Positions 60,541-64,000 of a stretch of DNA of 64,000 nucleotides are shown one piece after another (the first letter of the stretch is position 1; the number at the start of each line of letters is the position of its first letter). The notes beneath the pieces are model-generated. The model was not told the DNA's origin and made no database searches. It worked only from the letters and a program-made list of their open reading frames with translations. Source of the stretch: Felis catus (taxonomy: Eukaryota); NCBI RefSeq assembly GCF_018350175.1, contig NC_058368.1, positions 3,844,001-3,908,000 of the forward strand, written 5' to 3'. A program made the position numbers and the translations under genes.

Positions 60541-61908
60541 CTAACGGAACTATCTAGATATAGCTTGGTATATTTTCATAATGCTTCCTTTATCATATAA
60601 TAGGCAGCTATGAAGAGAATCTGCTTTAGAGCTATATGCTTCCTCTACCTGTTTGTTGCTTCTTTTGACAATGTGTTAGGACCCAGTTTTCATTATGATA
60701 AGCTTATTATTGTTTTCACATATAGATAAGAGGGCAAAGTCATTCCTCCTTCCTTTTAACTTTCCAGGTGTCCTTAGCACTATGACCTGATTATTTTTGT
60801 CTTTGCAGTATATCGTGAATAATTTCAAACATAGAGCCTGCAAATACAAAATTCTCCATGAAGTTGTGTGTCACCTTTACAAAGTACCACGCTGATCTTT
60901 TCTCATGTTTACAGTAGCGTTATCTATGCTACTCAGTGAACACACCATCCAGTCATTCTTGGCTCTTTGATGTTCCTTCATTTTCTTCTTGTCTCTCAAA
61001 CTGCTCTGCTCTTACGGTGGCTTCTCTCCTGTTTCCTTCCCTGGGTCGTTTTATTAACTCTACGAGGTAGAAAAGAAGCCAGTCTATGTGTTTTTTCCTA
61101 ATACCCTATCTATGCCACCACATACGAGGCGCCGCTCCATAAACATAGGTGTTCCTTAACTTGAAGTGTCAGAAATTTAAAAATTGTCTGAGATCACCGG
61201 GTGAGAAAATAAGAATTAGAATTTGCATCCATTTCATTTCATTTGAAATCCGCCCTTTTTTCACTGCACCACACACATGGGCTATCGTAGATGGCGGTAA
61301 TAAAAAGAAATAGTTGACCAGCATACTTCCCCTAACATGATAGCGAATATTTACCCGAACCAGCAGCCAGACACATACTTGATTCTGAAACCCTAGAGGC
61401 ATTTCTGTTGAAGCCAAAAACAAGAGAAGTGCATTACTGTATGCTACCCTTTTATTTTTTGAAATATTGTCAGTACAGCAAGGCAATCTGTTAAATAAGG
61501 CATTGAAATAGTTAAACAGCAGATGATTTGAGGGAAAAGAATTACTTGCAAATTATTACCATGTTGTCTTATAAAATCCAGAAGAATTAAATGCAAAACC
61601 CCCCTTTGATATGTTGAGTAATAAAATGAGGTACAAAATGTAGTGTCTAACACCCACTCATATTTTAGTCCAAACTAGTTAGAAAATGAACTAGAAGAAT
61701 CACACTTCATATTGCAATAATGACACAAATCCGCAAGACCCTCAATTTGCGGGAATATACTTTCCCGACAGTCCCGAAAGGAACCCTGAGTAAAAGGGTC
61801 TGCACAGCTGGATGAAAAGACTTCATATTAGCTTTATTCATGACAAAGAGTAACAAGGGAAAGCTTGCTCTAGCAAATACCAAAACATTCCATAAAACTA
61901 GAATGATC

Positions 61909-62097
61909 TGGCGCCTGGGTGGCTCCGTCGGTTAAGCATCCGACTTCCGCTCAGGTGATGATCTCGCAGCTCTGTGAGTTCGAGCCCCACATCAGGCTCT
62001 CTGCTGTCAGCACGGAACCCGCTTCAGATCCTCTCTCTGCCCTTCGCCTGCTTGCACTCTCGTTCTGTCTCAAAAGTCAATAAACATTAAAAAAAAC
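61909..62097 (+). mobile_element. Can-SINE (short variant) within old L1-like sequence
   Basis: GGCGCCTGGGTGGCTCCGTCGGTTAAGC head and AATAAA tail; flanks at about 61380-62170 resemble decayed L1 ORF2. Confidence 0.9.
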
Positions 62098-62334
62098 CCG
62101 TCCAAATCATGTGGCTCATAAACACCAAAAAGACCCATGGAACATAAAGAGATTTTAGAGACAGAATATAAATTAGTAAATTCAGTACAATTATAATCTC
62201 ACTTTTCTAAAACTTATGCTTAATTAAAATGTTTCTGAAATACAAGTAAGCTCCATAATTTTAATGTAATAATGTAAATAATGTAATAAATTAAAACATT
62301 AAAAATTATGTAACTTCTTTGTGATGTTAATAAT

Positions 62335-62420
62335 TATAAATTGATAAACTGATAAGCTGATAAATATAAAAACTGATAACTGATAAGTATAAACTGATAA
62401 ATATATAAACTGATAAAAAA
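62335..62420. repeat. AT-rich ATAAACTGAT degenerate tandem repeat
   Basis: Repeated CTGATAA(A) units. Confidence 0.75.
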
Positions 62421-64000
62421 TTAAAACTTGTTTGATGGGAAAGGGTGGTAAACGCAAATACATCCTACTAACTTCAAAATCATTGTCAGGCAGTAACCAA
62501 TATTTTGTCATACACTGGGATAACTTTGCTGCTTAAACAAAGGTAGAGCATATCATACCTATTTGTCTTTATTTCCTTGTGAAAGATTCTGTGCTGCCTC
62601 TATTGTACAAATATGCCAATACATTTGAATAATGTAAGTTGAGGGGGGGGAAAGTGCATTGCTTCGTGAGTCTATGGAAAACTTAGGGAAACTACCCTGC
62701 ATTTAAGTTTTGCGGTGATATAGTGGGAAAATTATGAGCCAAAGGAATATGTATGTTGTACTGCCAGAGTATTTGTATATTGTATATTTTCCTTTATAGG
62801 TTTTTATTAGGTGGCATTTTGTAGTTTGGATCATTCCTTGGATTGCTTTTAATGTCAAAATGAAATTATCCATTTTTCATCAGAAGACAACTTTACTAGC
62901 AAATAAGTTTTTTTCCGGGGGGTTTTTGCTTTTGTATAACTGTAATAATATTAAAGGGATTTTTCTTCTAGGAGAAGATATATTTTTAACTTGTTTTGGA
63001 AGTCAATAGAAGATATAATTCAGTTGAAATTAAATTTGCTTCTATAGCAAGTTGCTGGGAAACATCAATTTCATTAAATGAAGTATACCCAGAACTGGTT
63101 TCCATATATATTTCTAGAGACTCTCAAAGTTTTACTGTTGACGAGTCAGCTGATCAACTTGACCAAACTTTATCCTTTCTTATGCTGAGCCAAAATGAAA
63201 ATTCATTATCCAGTCTTCTGCATGGTTTAGAAGAAATAAACATCAAAACTTCCTAAGATATAAAGCATTGAGAAATGAGTCTCTTTATGGGTATTTGAAA
63301 ATAGACAAGACAATCACTGATTATTCTGAGACTATTCCCCAAGGACATCTTTACACAAAATATGCTCACTTTAATTTCTCATTAAATTCTAGGAACCCCT
63401 TGCCCACAATATGAAAAATCAGGATCACAATAAAATTGAGAGAAAATTGTATACAAATCATACCACTGAAGAATAAATTTATGTCTGTCCTTGATCTGTT
63501 GCAGTGCTTTAGAATATAGTCAGATAAAAAAAACTGTAAACATTCATTCGTGAAATAATTCTTCCTGTTTCTAAGGGGAAAAAATCCTTATGAACTAGAA
63601 AAACTCACATTTTTTTGATGCCTAAAGTTTTTACTAGCAGCCTAGCAAGGAAGAAAAGTTGCATAGAGAACTCCCAGAAGTGATTGAAAAAACCCAAAAA
63701 CCTGAGGTAAACAAATAATAGTTATGAGAATAATTAAAGGAGCCTCAGTTTGATTTTATATCACCTCTCAAGTGTCGGCATGAAGTTTATGAAAGCACAA
63801 CAAGGTTAAAAACTTTAAAATCACTACAACATCCCCCCAAATGCCAAATTCCTTGCTACACACCATGGGTCATCCTAAACGTGCGAATTCTGAAGTAATA
63901 CCAATTATCAACCTGTTCGTTTTTTAAATGTATGCCGAGCAGCTAACGTAAGGTATCGTGGATCTCGCGGTTGCAAAGGCCAATCAGTGAACCCATTGTT

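Noticed and set aside
564..62097. tRNA-like A/B box sequences
   Set aside because: These are SINE heads followed by CT tracts and A tails, not tRNA genes.
46370..64000. SGCG exon 3
   Set aside because: No segment encoding the expected GMGHL...DGLRLEGESEFL-like peptide was seen; it probably lies beyond the window.
1..64000. A novel multi-gene system or horizontally acquired insert
   Set aside because: No operon-like ORF density, foreign composition or unexplained long coding frame; the recognisable content is SGCG plus ordinary mammalian repeats.

Overview
Mammalian genomic DNA from a cat-family (Felidae) carnivore, judged from about 36 feliform Can-SINEs (tRNA-derived; GGGGCGCCTGGGTGGCTCAGTCGGTT...(CT)n...AATAAA) and carnivore L1 3' ends. 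The window holds the 5' part of the gamma-sarcoglycan gene SGCG on the + strand: about 22.7 kb of upstream DNA, a probable non-coding exon 1 ending at the donor at 22897/22898, a 23.3-kb intron 1, the first coding exon (46175-46369, 195 nt, beginning exactly at the ATG) and the start of intron 2. I could not find exon 3 in the window. The rest is mostly transposon-derived: Can-SINEs, L1, L2, MIR, MER58A, MLT1 LTRs, solo LTRs and a decayed LTR16/ERV-L-type provirus at about 27.3-30.6 kb. Nearly all ORF-track entries are repeat-derived noise. I found no convincing new biological system. The best second-look items are a 55-codon ORF through exon 1 in frame with SGCG, a ~400-nt AG-free polypyrimidine tract before exon 2, an intact (CG)13(CA)16 Z-DNA tract, a 41-bp minisatellite hit by a SINE, inverted SINE pairs and a candidate muscle enhancer. 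Repeat family names come from recalled consensus sequences, not a database search, and boundaries of old repeats are approximate.
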